Source: Terriglobia bacterium (lineage in GTDB: Bacteria; Acidobacteriota; Terriglobia; JAJPHL01; JAPKYU01). From it: DNA of 64,000 bases. Position 1 is the stretch's first letter. Every line of letters starts with the position of its first letter. The notes beneath the pieces were generated by a model. That model had not been told where the DNA came from. It ran no database searches and was given only the letters and a program-made list of their open reading frames with translations. A program made the position numbers and the translations under genes. Positions 39,629 through 50,439 of the stretch are shown here, in pieces. Location: positions 800,001 to 864,000 of the forward strand of contig CBDCVK010000010.1 in the NCBI GenBank assembly GCA_965223005.1, in the 5' to 3' direction.

Positions 39629-40081
39629 TCAGCGGCCAGATCTTGACCTTCGCACTTTGGACCTTGGGCGTTGGACCTTGGACCGCCTGGGCATTTTCCC
39701 GAATACTTGACCCGCCACCACCAACGCTTCCCAGGCTGCGGGAAAGCCGGCGTAGGGCGCCAGTTGCAGCAAGGTTTCCAGCACTTCTTCGCGGGAGGCG
39801 CCGTTGTTCAGCGCCATGCGGATGTTCAGCGCTAGCCCATCTTTCCTTCCCAAGGCCCCCAGCGCGGCCACTGTCACCAGCGAGCGCAGTTTCAGAGGCA
39901 GGCGGGGCCGGGTCCAGATCTCTCCCGCTAGAAACCCCACCACGTAGCGTTCAAAGTCCGGCTCCAGCGCCCGCCAGGCCCGGCGCAGCTCGTCAGTAAA
40001 TTCCGCGCCGAGCATCCGGCGCATCATTTTTTCTCCACGACGAATCTGTTTTTCTCCGCGACGAATGTTCGCTTTTTGCAT
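39629..40081 (-). CDS. Carboxymuconolactone decarboxylase family protein
   Basis: GEIWTRP.L..RSLVTVAAL..ALNNGASREE..E.LLQLA.YAGFPAA. Confidence 0.88.
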   Translation of the reverse strand: MQKANIRRGEKQIRRGEKMMRRMLGAEFTDELRRAWRALEPDFERYVVGFLAGEIWTRPRLPLKLRSLVTVAALGALGRKDGLALNIRMALNNGASREEVLETLLQLAPYAGFPAAWEALVVAGQVFGKMPRRSKVQRPRSKVRRSRSGR

Positions 40082-40141
40082 GGCTCTCGAAATGGTGCCT
40101 TTCCTAACACCACGAGAAGGGCCGGGGCTAGGCCTGTGGGG

Positions 40142-40426
40142 CTAAGCCTTGTAAGCTGGAGTAATCTGGGTGAACTCGAAGTCGCGCGGCTCCAGGTTGG
40201 CCTGCTGGAGTTGCTGGATGCATTCCTGGACCGTGTCGGCAACGGCGCGAATGCGCCGCAGCTTGAACTGGATCACCGGCGTCCCCTGCTCCTCCTCCAA
40301 CCTGGGGGGCGTGTACAACTCCAGCGCCATCCACTTGCCGGCGTATTGGAGCCGCTCGGGAATGCTGAGGTCTTCCGGGGCCCGACCAACGATCGGCTTT
40401 GCGTTTATCCTGATCACGAAGTTCAA
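40142..40426 (-). CDS. Hypothetical protein (94 aa)
   Basis: Compact ORF with an AGGA RBS-like element; YAGKWMALELY..RRIRAVAD pattern. Confidence 0.65.
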   Translation of the reverse strand: MNFVIRINAKPIVGRAPEDLSIPERLQYAGKWMALELYTPPRLEEEQGTPVIQFKLRRIRAVADTVQECIQQLQQANLEPRDFEFTQITPAYKA

Positions 40427-40559
40427 CGCCTTTCCTGAACCGCGTTCACAAGGCGGTCCGGCAGAGGTGCTATTCTACAACGGGTCGAGGCGTCGCGCAG
40501 CCTGGCAGGCGAGATCGATTGGCAGCTCGGACGAATGAGGCGGCTGATTCGATGAATCC

Positions 40560-41546
40560 ATGACTCAATTCGGAAAGCTTCCTCCCCACGTGCTGGCCCG
40601 GCTGCTGGAGCGCATTCCGGCCGGGGACCCGCGGGTGGTGCTGGGCCCGCGGGTAGGCGAGGACGCCGCTGTGCTGGATTTTGGCGACCGCTACCTGGTG
40701 GCCAAGTCCGATCCCATCACCTTTACTGCTGAACGGATCGGCTGGTACGCCGTGCAGGTGAACGCCAACGACCTGGCGACTCTGGGCGCGCGGCCACGCT
40801 GGTTTCTGCTGACCTTGCTGCTGCCCAACAACGACGCGGCGATGGTGGAGGCCATCTTTGCCGACGTGCTGGCCGCCTGCGCCGAACTGGGGGTGGCGCT
40901 GTGCGGTGGGCACACCGAGACTACCCCAGGGTTGGACCGGCCCATTGCAGCGGGACAGATGTTGGGTGAGGTCGAGAAGGAACGGCTGGTGCGGAAGCAG
41001 CGAATTCGCCCCGGCGACGCGGTGCTGCTGACCCGCGGGGTAGCTCTGGAAGGCACGGCCATCCTGGCACGCGAGAAAGCCGAGCAACTGGCGGGCCGCC
41101 TGGATGCCACCGTGCTGGGCCGCGCTCGTGATCTACTTTTCCGCCCTGGCATCAGCGTGGTCGCCGACGCGCTGGCCGCAGCGGACGCTGCCCCCGTTCA
41201 CGGCATGCACGATCCCACCGAGGGTGGCCTGTTAGGTGGCCTATACGAACTGGCCCAGGTGGCCGGTGTAGGCCTGAGTGTAGAACGAGCGCGCATTCCG
41301 GTGTTGCCTGAGACCGCAGAGCTGTGCGCGGCACTTGGACTCGATCCATTGCGCCTGATTGCATCCGGTTCCTTGCTGATTGTCGTCGCCGAGCCGGATG
41401 TGGACCGGGTCCAACGGGCTCTGGTAGTGCGGGGCACGCCCATAGCGCGCATCGGCCGGGTTACGCAGCCTGAGACGGGGCTGCGGCTGGACGGCCTCCC
41501 CTTCGACTTCCCAGAGTGTGACGAAATCACTCGCGCGCTGAAGTGA
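40560..41546 (+). CDS. AIR synthase-related (PurM/HypE-like) protein
   Basis: GEDAAV, KSDPIT, VNANDLA, GGHTE, MHDPTEGGL. Confidence 0.9.
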   Translation: MTQFGKLPPHVLARLLERIPAGDPRVVLGPRVGEDAAVLDFGDRYLVAKSDPITFTAERIGWYAVQVNANDLATLGARPRWFLLTLLLPNNDAAMVEAIFADVLAACAELGVALCGGHTETTPGLDRPIAAGQMLGEVEKERLVRKQRIRPGDAVLLTRGVALEGTAILAREKAEQLAGRLDATVLGRARDLLFRPGISVVADALAAADAAPVHGMHDPTEGGLLGGLYELAQVAGVGLSVERARIPVLPETAELCAALGLDPLRLIASGSLLIVVAEPDVDRVQRALVVRGTPIARIGRVTQPETGLRLDGLPFDFPECDEITRALK

Positions 41547-41691
41547 AGGACCCCGAACTGGCGAGCCCTGACGCCGATCGGGTGTCCTTTAGTGAACTGG
41601 TCTCGCACTCCGAACCTCTGGATAGCTGGGGGAGAGAATTGTATGATTAGCATGCTCCATCTACATCATTCCCGAAGCGTGGGTTGGGCCG

Positions 41692-43656
41692 ATGAGTGGG
41701 AAAGAATCCAGCCGGGTCTTAGTCATTGATGACGACGACCTGGTGCTAGCTATCATCCGCAAAATGCTGGATGCGGAGCTGTTTTCCGTGGATGTCTCGG
41801 AGTCGGCCCGCGAGGCTCTGGGCCGTTTGCCGAAAACCAGCTATGACGCCATCCTCTGCGACATGTGGATGCCGGGGATGACCGGCAAGGACTTCTACAA
41901 CCAGGTGAAAAAGGAATTCCCCGAGTACCAGAACCGGATTATTTTTCTGACCGGCGATATTGCCTCGGAAACGACCTGGGAGTTCATCGAGCAAAAGCGA
42001 CTGCCCTACATACTGAAGCCGGTCAGCGCTCCAGAGTTGAAGCGCAAACTGCGCGAGGTGATGGGCGAGCGGCCGAAAGCAGCTACGAAGAAGGGTGCTG
42101 AGCAACGGCGTCATCGGCGGCTCGCAATGAAGGCCAACCTCCGGGTCCGCAAGAAGAGATGGGCCGCCGCGGGTCCTGAGATTACTTTAGTCGGCAACGC
42201 CAGCAAGGAAGGCGTCTACTTCCTGACCGATCGACAATACGGCGTCGGGACCGAGGTGCTGGTTTCCTTCCCCTATACCGGACAAGGCGACATCGAGCAG
42301 GAAGGCTGCGTGGTGCGGGTGGATGAGCGTTCGGATGGCCGGCGGGGAGTGGCCATCGCGTTGGGAAAGGCTGCCGTGGATGCCCGCGGCCCCATGACCC
42401 TGCCCCAGATCAGCGGGGTTGAACCGGCGGCCGAAGTTGCCGACCTAAAGATGCAACTGGACCGTGAGCGGAAGGAGGCGCGTCGCCTGACAGACGAGCT
42501 GGCCGACCTGAAGGGAAGTTACAAGCGGGCTGCCAGCGAGCGCGACCGGCTGGCTTCCGAGGAGTCCGACCGCGACTTTAGGGCGCGCGAACTCACTTCA
42601 ACTCGGGACGCCATGGGCCGGCTCGCCGAAGAGTTGAAGCAGCAAGTACAGGACTTGCAGGAGAAGCTGGCCGCGGCCGAGCGCGGGCGGGCACAACAGA
42701 CCGAACGGGCGCATGACGCCCAGAAAGAAGCGACCAAGGCGGCCGACCTGAAAACAGAACTGGATTAGGAGCGGAAAGCGGCCCGCCGCTTGACGCAAGA
42801 GCTGGCTGACCTGAAGGGTGTGCACCAACGCGCGGTTCAGGAACGCGACCGGCTCACCAGCCAGGAATCCGACCGCAGCTTAAAGTTCCGTGAACTCACC
42901 TCCACCCGGGACGCCATGAGCCGGCTCACCGAGGAGTTGAAGCAGCAGGTGCAGGACTTGCAGGAGAAGCTGGCCGCGTCCGAGCGTGAGCAGGCACAGC
43001 AGGCCGAACGGGCGCACGACACCCAGCAAAAAGCCGCCAAGGCGGCCGATCTGAAAACCGAACTGGATCAGGAGCGGAAAGCGGCCCGCCGCTTGACGCA
43101 AGAGCTGGCTGACTTGAAGGACCTGCACGAACGCGCGGTTCAGGAACGCGACCGGCTGGCCAGCCAGGAATACGACCTCAGCTTGAAGCTCCGTGAACTG
43201 ACCTCCACCCGGGACACCATGAACCGGCTGGTTGGAGAATTTCGGAAGAAGATACAGGGTTTGGAAAAACACGTCGCTGGCGTCGAAGCCGAACGCGATC
43301 GGGGACAGAAGGAAGCGCGAACCGCCCGCGGCGAGGCAGAGAAGTGGCGTGCCGAAAGCCGCCGGCAGCAGCAGACGGCAGCTTCCAGTGAGCGCGCCAC
43401 CCGGGGACAGGCTTCGCCAACCAAAGAACAGAAGGGCGACGCAGCCCGGCTGCGCGAGGACCTCAAAGGGATGCGGGCGCGCATCCAGGAATTCCAGGGC
43501 GGGGGCGTAGGGCCGCTGACCAATTTGGCGGCGAATTGCGACTTGCTCGCCATGAACAAGTCACTGGATGCACCTACAAGAAAGTCGGCAAAGGAAATGA
43601 GCCAGCAGGCTGCCCAGCTGCGCAAAGCTTTTCAGAAACTCACCCGGAAATCCTAG
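41692..43656 (+). pseudogene. Response regulator (REC-PilZ-coiled-coil repeats), interrupted by an in-frame TAG at 42766-42768
   Basis: REC domain (DDDD, CDMWMP, LTG, LKP) and PilZ motifs RRHRR / NASKEG. ORFs 41692-42768 and 42790-43656 share a frame. Confidence 0.85.
42439..43270 (+). repeat. 303-bp (101-aa) intragenic tandem repeat, ~2.7 copies
   Basis: Units start GCCGAY-CTRAA at 42439, 42742 and 43045. Confidence 0.9.
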
Positions 43657-43919
43657 CTCGGCGGCGGCCCTGCCTTGATCTTAGCGGCCGAACGCTGACT
43701 TCCTTAGTAGTAGACCACCGCGTAGTAGACCATTTAGGCCTCGTCGCAGTTCTGCAGCCCGATGCAACCAAATTCAGGGAGCGGGCCGCGCCTCGGGTCG
43801 CGGTCGCGCTTGGGGGCGGCTGGCCGCCGACAATGGTGAGGCACCTCCCCAACTTTGTCACCCGGTCTAGCCCGCCGCCTCATCTAGCCCATTTCGCAAG
43901 CCTCCGGTAGACTGCCAGT

Positions 43920-45575
43920 ATGGGTTTCGGACTTGGAGGGGCTGGAAGCGGAGGGCGGAATTCGCCTTCAAAGAAGACAAGGCGGACCAGCCGCACGGCG
44001 TGCTTGTTCCTGTTTGCGGCAGTGGCGCTAGCGCCGCTCCCCACGATTGTAGCAGCAACTGCCTCCCCACCGCCGGCCCAGCCGGAGGCCGCGCTGCTGG
44101 AGCGCCTCAAACAGTTTAGTCAGGTGGGGAGGCAAGCGGGCGAGGCGGTCTGGCCAGGGTGGGATCCTACGGCGACTTCGCTGGCCATCTTCAAGAAGAA
44201 TGAGCTAGGCCTGCTAGTAGGGCATCCCTCGCCGCCGTCTCACTTCCGCCGGCTGGACGCCCCGATGGTGTCGGCTCCGGTATTTGTCGCCGATTCCACG
44301 GCAGGCATGGTGCTGGTCAACACCACCCGGCCCTTCGCCGGTGCGCTGACGACGTTCGTCTCCTACCAGGATTTTGCGGGCAAGCCCGCGGTGGAAGCCC
44401 TGGCCACGACCCTCCACGAACTATTCCACGCGTACCAGCAGCGCATTGTGCCGGGTAAGCTCGGCGACATCCGGGTGGTGCTCTTAGGCGAGTACCCGGA
44501 ATTTTCCGCGCAAAACCGCGCGTTGATGGCGCTGGAAGCCCAGTTGCTCCACGAGGCGGCCACCGCCGCCAACCCACAGGAGGCACGACGCAGCGCGGCT
44601 GGCTTCCTGGGCATGAGGGCTGCGCGGCGCAAGAAACTGACTCCGGAGGTGGCGCGTTACGAAAGCGGGGAAGAATCCAGCGAAGGGCTGGCCGTCTACA
44701 TCCAGTTGCGCCTGTTCCAATTTCTGCCCCGGCTGGTCGCGGCCGACGCGGCCGGTGCCAGCCAGGTATCCGAATCCCCGCTGCCAGCCGCCCTGGACGA
44801 GGCCGCGAGCAAGCAGGCCCCTCAGGTTGCCGAGAAATGGCTAGAGCCGTTGCTTCACATTCACCGGGTGGGGGGCGACCGAGAACGCTTTTATGCCTTG
44901 GGTATGGCGCAGGCCCTACTGCTGGATCGCTTCCGGCCCGGCTGGAAGAAAGAATTCGAGACTGGTCCGCAGCTTCTGGACCAACTGCTGGCCGCCTCGG
45001 TCCCCTCGGCCTCGCCCGCAGAGACCGCGCGCTTGATGAAGCGCTTGCGTTTCCGGAGCGTGTTGAAGGAGCAGGAGCAGGCGGTGGCCCGGCGGCGCGA
45101 GCAGGGCACGCAACGCCTGGCGGCGCTGATGGCCGAGGCGGGCGACCGCGTGGTGGTGGAGGTCGGCGCCGCCAAAGAGCAAGTGAGCCTGCGTGGTTTC
45201 AATGCCAATGGCACGGCAGTGGTGGGACCCGGGCTGGTGGTGCACACCTTACTCCTGCTGGACCTCGGCGCGGAACCGGGGCTGTGGATGCGCCTGGAGT
45301 TCCGCGGGCTGCCAGCCGTTTACGAGCAAGAGCGCGAAGTGCTGTGGTTCGTGCTGCCGCGGGAGGCGATTACCAAGGCCTTGGAGAGCTACGCGCGCAG
45401 CCCCGGCACGGGACCTGCTCGTTTGGTCTTGCGGACGAAACGCTTCTTCGGTGAATTCACGGGCGTGGAGGTGAAACGGCGAGGCCGCGAGCTGCGCATC
45501 CGTCCCGTTGAAGATCTGCTCCGTGCTCCGGCGCTGAAGTCCCCCGAATTCGTACGCCCGAAAAAGAAGCCCTGA
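43920..45575 (+). CDS. Secreted putative zinc metallopeptidase (HExxH)
   Basis: Signal-like hydrophobic stretch; HELFHAYQ and downstream EGLAVY (gluzincin-like); RFYALG. Confidence 0.7.
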   Translation: MGFGLGGAGSGGRNSPSKKTRRTSRTACLFLFAAVALAPLPTIVAATASPPPAQPEAALLERLKQFSQVGRQAGEAVWPGWDPTATSLAIFKKNELGLLVGHPSPPSHFRRLDAPMVSAPVFVADSTAGMVLVNTTRPFAGALTTFVSYQDFAGKPAVEALATTLHELFHAYQQRIVPGKLGDIRVVLLGEYPEFSAQNRALMALEAQLLHEAATAANPQEARRSAAGFLGMRAARRKKLTPEVARYESGEESSEGLAVYIQLRLFQFLPRLVAADAAGASQVSESPLPAALDEAASKQAPQVAEKWLEPLLHIHRVGGDRERFYALGMAQALLLDRFRPGWKKEFETGPQLLDQLLAASVPSASPAETARLMKRLRFRSVLKEQEQAVARRREQGTQRLAALMAEAGDRVVVEVGAAKEQVSLRGFNANGTAVVGPGLVVHTLLLLDLGAEPGLWMRLEFRGLPAVYEQEREVLWFVLPREAITKALESYARSPGTGPARLVLRTKRFFGEFTGVEVKRRGRELRIRPVEDLLRAPALKSPEFVRPKKKP

Positions 45576-45683
45576 CGCCCAGGACTGACTCGGCTGTCAG
45601 CGGCGCTTTCCGCTGGTTGTCGCCTTGTCGGAATCCTTAAGAATGCCGTGGGGTAGGGAATCCCCGGCGCCCGACGAAGTTTC

Positions 45684-46121
45684 CTATTGTTCCGGAGAGG
45701 TCAGGGAGATGTAGGCGCGCATCAGGCGTACTTCATCGCCCTTCTGTTGCAAGTCTGCCAGCAACAGGTCGCGCATCGTCACCAGACCGAGCAGGCGGCC
45801 GGCCAGGAAGACGGGAAGGTGGCGGATGCCGGCTTGGCGCATGCGCTCCAGGCACGCGCTGGGTGCCTCGTTGGCATCGGCCACCAGTGGATCGCGCGTG
45901 ATGACCTCGGCCAGGGGGGTCTGGCGGGGGTCGCGGGCCGCTACCACCACCCGCTTCATCAGGTCGCGCTCGGAGAAGATGCCTACCAGCCGCTCTTGTT
46001 CCAGCACCGAAACAGCCCCTACCTTGCGCTCGGCCATGTACCCCACCGCCTCGGCCACCGTGGCTCGGAGCGGTACTGAGTAGACGGGCCGGTTTTCCAC
46101 CAATTCGCCGACGCGCTTCAT
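45684..46121 (-). CDS. CBS-pair domain protein
   Basis: VGAVSV..LVGIFSERDL..IRHLPV..GLVTMRDL. Confidence 0.9.
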   Translation of the reverse strand: MKRVGELVENRPVYSVPLRATVAEAVGYMAERKVGAVSVLEQERLVGIFSERDLMKRVVVAARDPRQTPLAEVITRDPLVADANEAPSACLERMRQAGIRHLPVFLAGRLLGLVTMRDLLLADLQQKGDEVRLMRAYISLTSPEQ

Positions 46122-46774
46122 ACGGATGGGGGCAGCGAAGCCGCTCCTTCGTTGTCGCGGCTCGGATGATCCTGTTGCTCACCGCCGCGGCGTCCTCCCA
46201 GAACCGAAGCCAGCCAGAGCACGAGCGCGACTTTCAGAACTTCCCCTGGGAGGAAAGGCCACACCGCAGCCAGCAGCAACGCGCTTCGCGGTTGCGGCAA
46301 CACCGTTCCCAGCCATGCGGTGCCGAACAGGAAGATAACGGCTTCTCCGCACAGCAGAGCCAGCAGCAACCGTGCTTTGCCCGGCACACCACCCTCCGGT
46401 GTTCCTTTCCGGCGCGTTGTCAGATAGCCCACCACGAACGCCGCAAGTGGATAGCTGAGCAGGTAGCCCCCGGTGGGACCCAGTAGAGGGGCCAGGCCCC
46501 AGGAACCAAGAGCAAACACCGGCAGTCCGGCAAGCCCCTGCCCTAGATAGAGCACCATGGCAGTGGCGGCCCGTGGACCGCCCAAGACTACCCCTGCCAG
46601 CAGCACGCCGAGCGTCTGCCCGGTCACCGGAACGGGCGTAAAGGGAAGCGGTACCGAGACCTGCGCCAGCAACCCCATCAAGATGCTGAATCCGAATACC
46701 AACGCCGCGCTCTCAGCGCGAGATTGCGGCCGGCTTTGAGCCACCGAAAGCAGCTTCACTGCTGCCCTCCCCAA
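46118..46774 (-). CDS. bioY: Biotin ECF transporter S-component
   Basis: PFTPVPVTGQT, GLPVFA, GPTGGYL, PFLPGE. Confidence 0.93.
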   Translation of the reverse strand: MGRAAVKLLSVAQSRPQSRAESAALVFGFSILMGLLAQVSVPLPFTPVPVTGQTLGVLLAGVVLGGPRAATAMVLYLGQGLAGLPVFALGSWGLAPLLGPTGGYLLSYPLAAFVVGYLTTRRKGTPEGGVPGKARLLLALLCGEAVIFLFGTAWLGTVLPQPRSALLLAAVWPFLPGEVLKVALVLWLASVLGGRRGGEQQDHPSRDNEGAASLPPSV

Positions 46775-46997
46775 TGCGCGAATCGCACAACTAAACCAGC
46801 CAAGGATACCACAGGGGTGTCAGCCCGCTGGTAGTTTGGCGGTCGGTGCAGCGAGCCTCCCTCACCTGTGGTACTACGGGTTCTACGGCAGGTTCCAGTT
46901 GACACACCACTTCCTCAGGTTCTAATGTTTGACGGGCGCAGGCTGCTTTTTCCGCCTGCGCGGATCGAAGGCTTCTGTGTTCCTTAGGGGGGATGCC

Positions 46998-49512
46998 ATG
47001 AAAAGACTTCTTGTGATCGCAGCGTGCGGGGTTTTGTTTTCGATCAATGCCGTAGCCAGCTTGATTCCGACTCAAGATGGCCAGGTGGTAACCAAGTTGG
47101 TGTTCAGCGTCCCGGCCGGGGAGTCAGCTCACGATTCGGTGACGGTGTTCTATGAAGTGGTGGGTGGTACTGTGATGGAAGATTTCACAATTTCCGGTCT
47201 CCCCAGCTGGTTGACGGTCGCCCCGGTGCCTCCTGCGACTAAGTTTACTACGCCCGCGGAGGTCTTGATATGGGTTGACACAGCGGGCCTAAGCGAGGGG
47301 TCGATCCCGGGGGCCACACTTCAGTTCGTCGCGTTCAGTTCTGTCCTGGGAACTTTAGACATTGACCTGACAGTAACTGCGGCGCTGCCTCGCACCGCAG
47401 GTGTCTCGCCCGAAGTCTCTTCCCTGACCGTTGCAGCCAATCAGATCGGCACCTTCGTCTTCAACGTCCTGTCCGCGTTGCTCCTGCAAAGCACTAGCAG
47501 CGAGGGTATCGGGACCGGCCCGAGCGCCATAGGCGAGGTAAATTGGACCGCGAGTGTGAAATTACTGAGTGAGCCCGGGAGCGATTGGCTCACTATCAGT
47601 CCCACCTCTGGTACAGCCACACCGGACAATCCCTCGCAAGTGACGGGCACGGTGGATGCCGCCATGCCCGGCCCGGGTACGTATCAGGCCGAGATTGCGG
47701 TCACCAGTAACTGCCCGGCCCGGGTACGTATCAGGCCGAGATTGCGGTCACCAGTAACCCGACGGTGACTCTTCCAGTGACGGTGGTCGTCCGGCCACCT
47801 GGCCCCAGGTTATCTGTGAGCCAGACCGCAATCCTGTTTCAAAGCGTAAGTAGCGGACCTTTTACGATATCGGAGACGGTGACGATTTCCAATGAAGGAG
47901 ACGGAACGCTGAACTGGTCGCTTTCCGGGCTGCCTTCCTGGCTGACGGCTGAGCCTGACTCTGGGAGCGTTACTAGTGGGCCCGCGGGTGAAGACGTCGT
48001 GCTGACGGCCGATCCATCGAGCTTCGGTTCCGGCATCAACAGCGCGCTGCTGACGGTATCGGCTCCAGAGGCCAGCAACAACCCGCAAGTAGTGGCGGCC
48101 GTGCTGCTGACGGTGCCGGGCGCTACCCCGGCAACAGCCGAGGTCAGCCCCAACGCACTGGTGTTTGTGGTCGAGCAGGGCCAGCCGACACCGCCGACTC
48201 GAACCGTCGCGGTCAGCAACGTCGGCGGGGGGTCGCTCTCCTTTAACTTCAGCGCTACGATCACTCCCCTCCGGGCGGCAGTTGGCTCATCCTGACGACG
48301 GTGGCTGGGGTCGCTCCGGGGCAGGTCGCCGTCTTAGCGAATCCTTCCGGCCTGCTTCCCGGCGTGTATCGCGCAACACTGACAGGCACCTTCACTGGCG
48401 GAGGGCAACGGGTGGTGGAGGTGGTGTTGTTTGTGGTGCAAGCGGGGAGTGCGCTGCGGGCGCAGGCGCTGGGTCTGCCCGGCGCGGCCCAGTGCGCTCC
48501 GGAACAGCTGGAGTTGTTCGCCACCACCATCGGAAGTGGCCTGAGCCTGCCGGTTTCCTTTCCCCGGGTGTTGACCGCGTTGGTAGTGGACGACTGCGGT
48601 GCGGCGGTGAACAATGCCACGTTGGTGGCCGCCGTAGAAGGCTTAAACATCCCGCTGCGCTCGCTGGGCACCGGCTTTTACAGCGGTACGTGGACGCCGG
48701 TGAGCGCGACGGCCGAGGTGACGGTCGCCTTTGCGGCGCTGCATCCCACCCTTCGGAAGGCGGAGCGCTCCTTTACCGTGGAAACGGCCACCGCACCGGG
48801 CGATGTGAGTTTGCCGCTGTTGTTTGCCGACGGGGTGGTGGAAGGAGCCGGCTTCACGAAGCGGCGGCCGCTGTCTCCCGGTGGCATCATTTCCCTGTTC
48901 GGTGCGAGCTTTGCCACCGAGAACAACTTCGCCAGCCAGCTACCTCTGGAGCGGGAACTGGCAGGGGTGAGCGTGCGCATTGGCGGCCAGGATGCGCCGC
49001 TTTATTTCGTCGGCCCGGGGCAGATTAACGCGCAGGTGCCGTTTGAGGTGAGCACGGGCGACAGCGTTCCGGTCGCGACCAGTGTAGATGGCTTACTGAC
49101 CGCACCGCAGAACTATTCGATTGCTCCTGCCCAGCCAGGCATTTTCATTTCCGGCGAAAACGCCGCCATCCTGAACGCCTCGTTCCAGCTGGTGACGTCG
49201 CAGAACCCAGTCCGCGCCGGAGACACGATTCAGATCTTCTGCACTGGCTTGGGGGCGGTGGACGTGGCAGTGGAGACAGGAGCACCGGGCCCTTCGTTCA
49301 GCACCGTCGAGGTGCCGGTGACGGTGACGATCGGGGGGATTAACGCTGCGGTAGCCTTCCAGGGACTGGCACCGAACTTTGTGGGGCTCTACCAGGTGAA
49401 CGCGGTGGTGCCCGCCGGCGTTGCGCCGGGCGACGCGGTCCCGCTGGTCCTGGAGCAGAACGGGATTGTCGCTAACCCCGACCGGCCCGTCACCATCCCT
49501 GTGGTGCCCTGA
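46998..49512 (+). pseudogene. Secreted BACON/Ig-repeat protein with a TIGR03437 C-terminal domain, two frameshifts
   Basis: Signal peptide; repeated SGLPSWLT / WLTISP motifs; C-terminal GQINAQVP..GLAPNFVGLYQVN. Broken by a 47-bp duplication (47665-47758) and a C4 run (48266-48269). Confidence 0.82.
47665..47758 (+). repeat. Exact 47-bp tandem duplication
   Basis: TGCCCGGCCCGGGTACGTATCAGGCCGAGATTGCGGTCACCAGTAAC x2. Confidence 0.95.
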
Positions 49513-49580
49513 GGCCGTCGGCCCCGGGTGCGAAGACCCTATGCCGGGCCGCTTTGTTCAGATACGAACTTTAACCAGGG

Positions 49581-50189
49581 TCAGATACGAATTTTGACCA
49601 GCGGTATCCCGTCCCGGCACAGCGGGCAGGATTCCGCACTTTCCCAATACGTGAGCTGCAGGCGAGCCAACGAGTAGATCGGCAACGGGCCAAAATCCAC
49701 TGTGTCCAGCGTAGGCTGGTGCACGATCACAGCCAGGGCCAGCACTCGCGCCCTGTGCGTGAGAAGCAGGTTACGCAACTTGCTGAGCTTCTTGCCCGAA
49801 CGCAGAATGTCATCCACCACAATGCACTGCTCGTTCTTGTGCGTCTCCATGAACTGGCGGAACTCCATCCGGTCCTCCACCTTTTCCGCCCAATAGATCT
49901 GGCTGGCTCGCAGCGCCTCGCCCAGGCCGTAAGCCACCGGGATCCCGCCAGTGGCTGGTGAGACGATGCTGACCTGCGGCAGGTGGCGCGCGATTTCCGG
50001 GTCGCTGCGCAGCAGCCGGCTGAGCGCTACGCTGAGCGTCTTGGCTTCCTGGTAGTAGCGCATGGCCAGCGGCATCTGCAGATATTGGTCGGTGTGCCGC
50101 CCGGAGGTCAGTTCAAAGTGGCCTTCCCGCATGGCGCCAGTCTCCCGCAAAATGTCCAGCACCTCCTGCTGGCTCGGAATAAGTTCCAC
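49581..50189 (-). CDS. Orotate phosphoribosyltransferase-like protein (type I PRTase)
   Basis: GAMREGHFELTSGRHT..Y, SPATGGI, VVDDILRSG, C-terminal CPLC; the PRPP loop is atypical. Confidence 0.8.
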   Translation of the reverse strand: MELIPSQQEVLDILRETGAMREGHFELTSGRHTDQYLQMPLAMRYYQEAKTLSVALSRLLRSDPEIARHLPQVSIVSPATGGIPVAYGLGEALRASQIYWAEKVEDRMEFRQFMETHKNEQCIVVDDILRSGKKLSKLRNLLLTHRARVLALAVIVHQPTLDTVDFGPLPIYSLARLQLTYWESAESCPLCRDGIPLVKIRI

Positions 50190-50219
50190 GTCCGTTGTAT
50201 AGCATAGAACTGCAGGCCT

Positions 50220-50439
50220 GGCCGAGGCCGGCGGCACTGCTTGTAATGCTCAAGCCGGGGTGGTCAGCCTGCTGTTCAGGTCGCTTGGTGGAGTCGCTGG
50301 ATGAAAGCCAGGCATCCTGCTGCCATCCCATCAGCTTCATCACTTGCATAGCCCACTGCGTAGGGAACAGAATGTTTTCTTGCCGACACTTCCGTTCCAT
50401 GGGGCCGCAGGTTGGATGGCTTCTGGGTGGGCCTCGGCC
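50220..50439 (+). ncRNA. Candidate structured non-coding RNA or long fold-back element
   Basis: Perfect terminal IR GGCCGAGGCC/GGCCTCGGCC; nested stems CAGCCTGC/GCAGGTTG and GTCG/CGAC with G-U pairs on the + strand; T-rich tail follows. Confidence 0.35.

Noticed and set aside
40560-41546. hypE / hydrogenase maturation locus
   Set aside because: No other hyp or hydrogenase genes are nearby and the C-terminal PRIC motif is absent, so it is kept as a generic AIR-synthase-like protein.
42766-42768. Amber recoding (TAG read as Gln or Pyl)
   Set aside because: Many intact genes here end in TAG and no pyl genes or suppressor tRNA are visible. A C-to-T change or read error is simpler.
50285-50320. 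SAM-I riboswitch (GGTGGAG..CTGG..ATGAA..CC.GGCA.CC resemblance)
   Set aside because: It lacks the P1 ATCxAGAG and GGTGCxAA elements, and no sulfur or methionine gene lies downstream.
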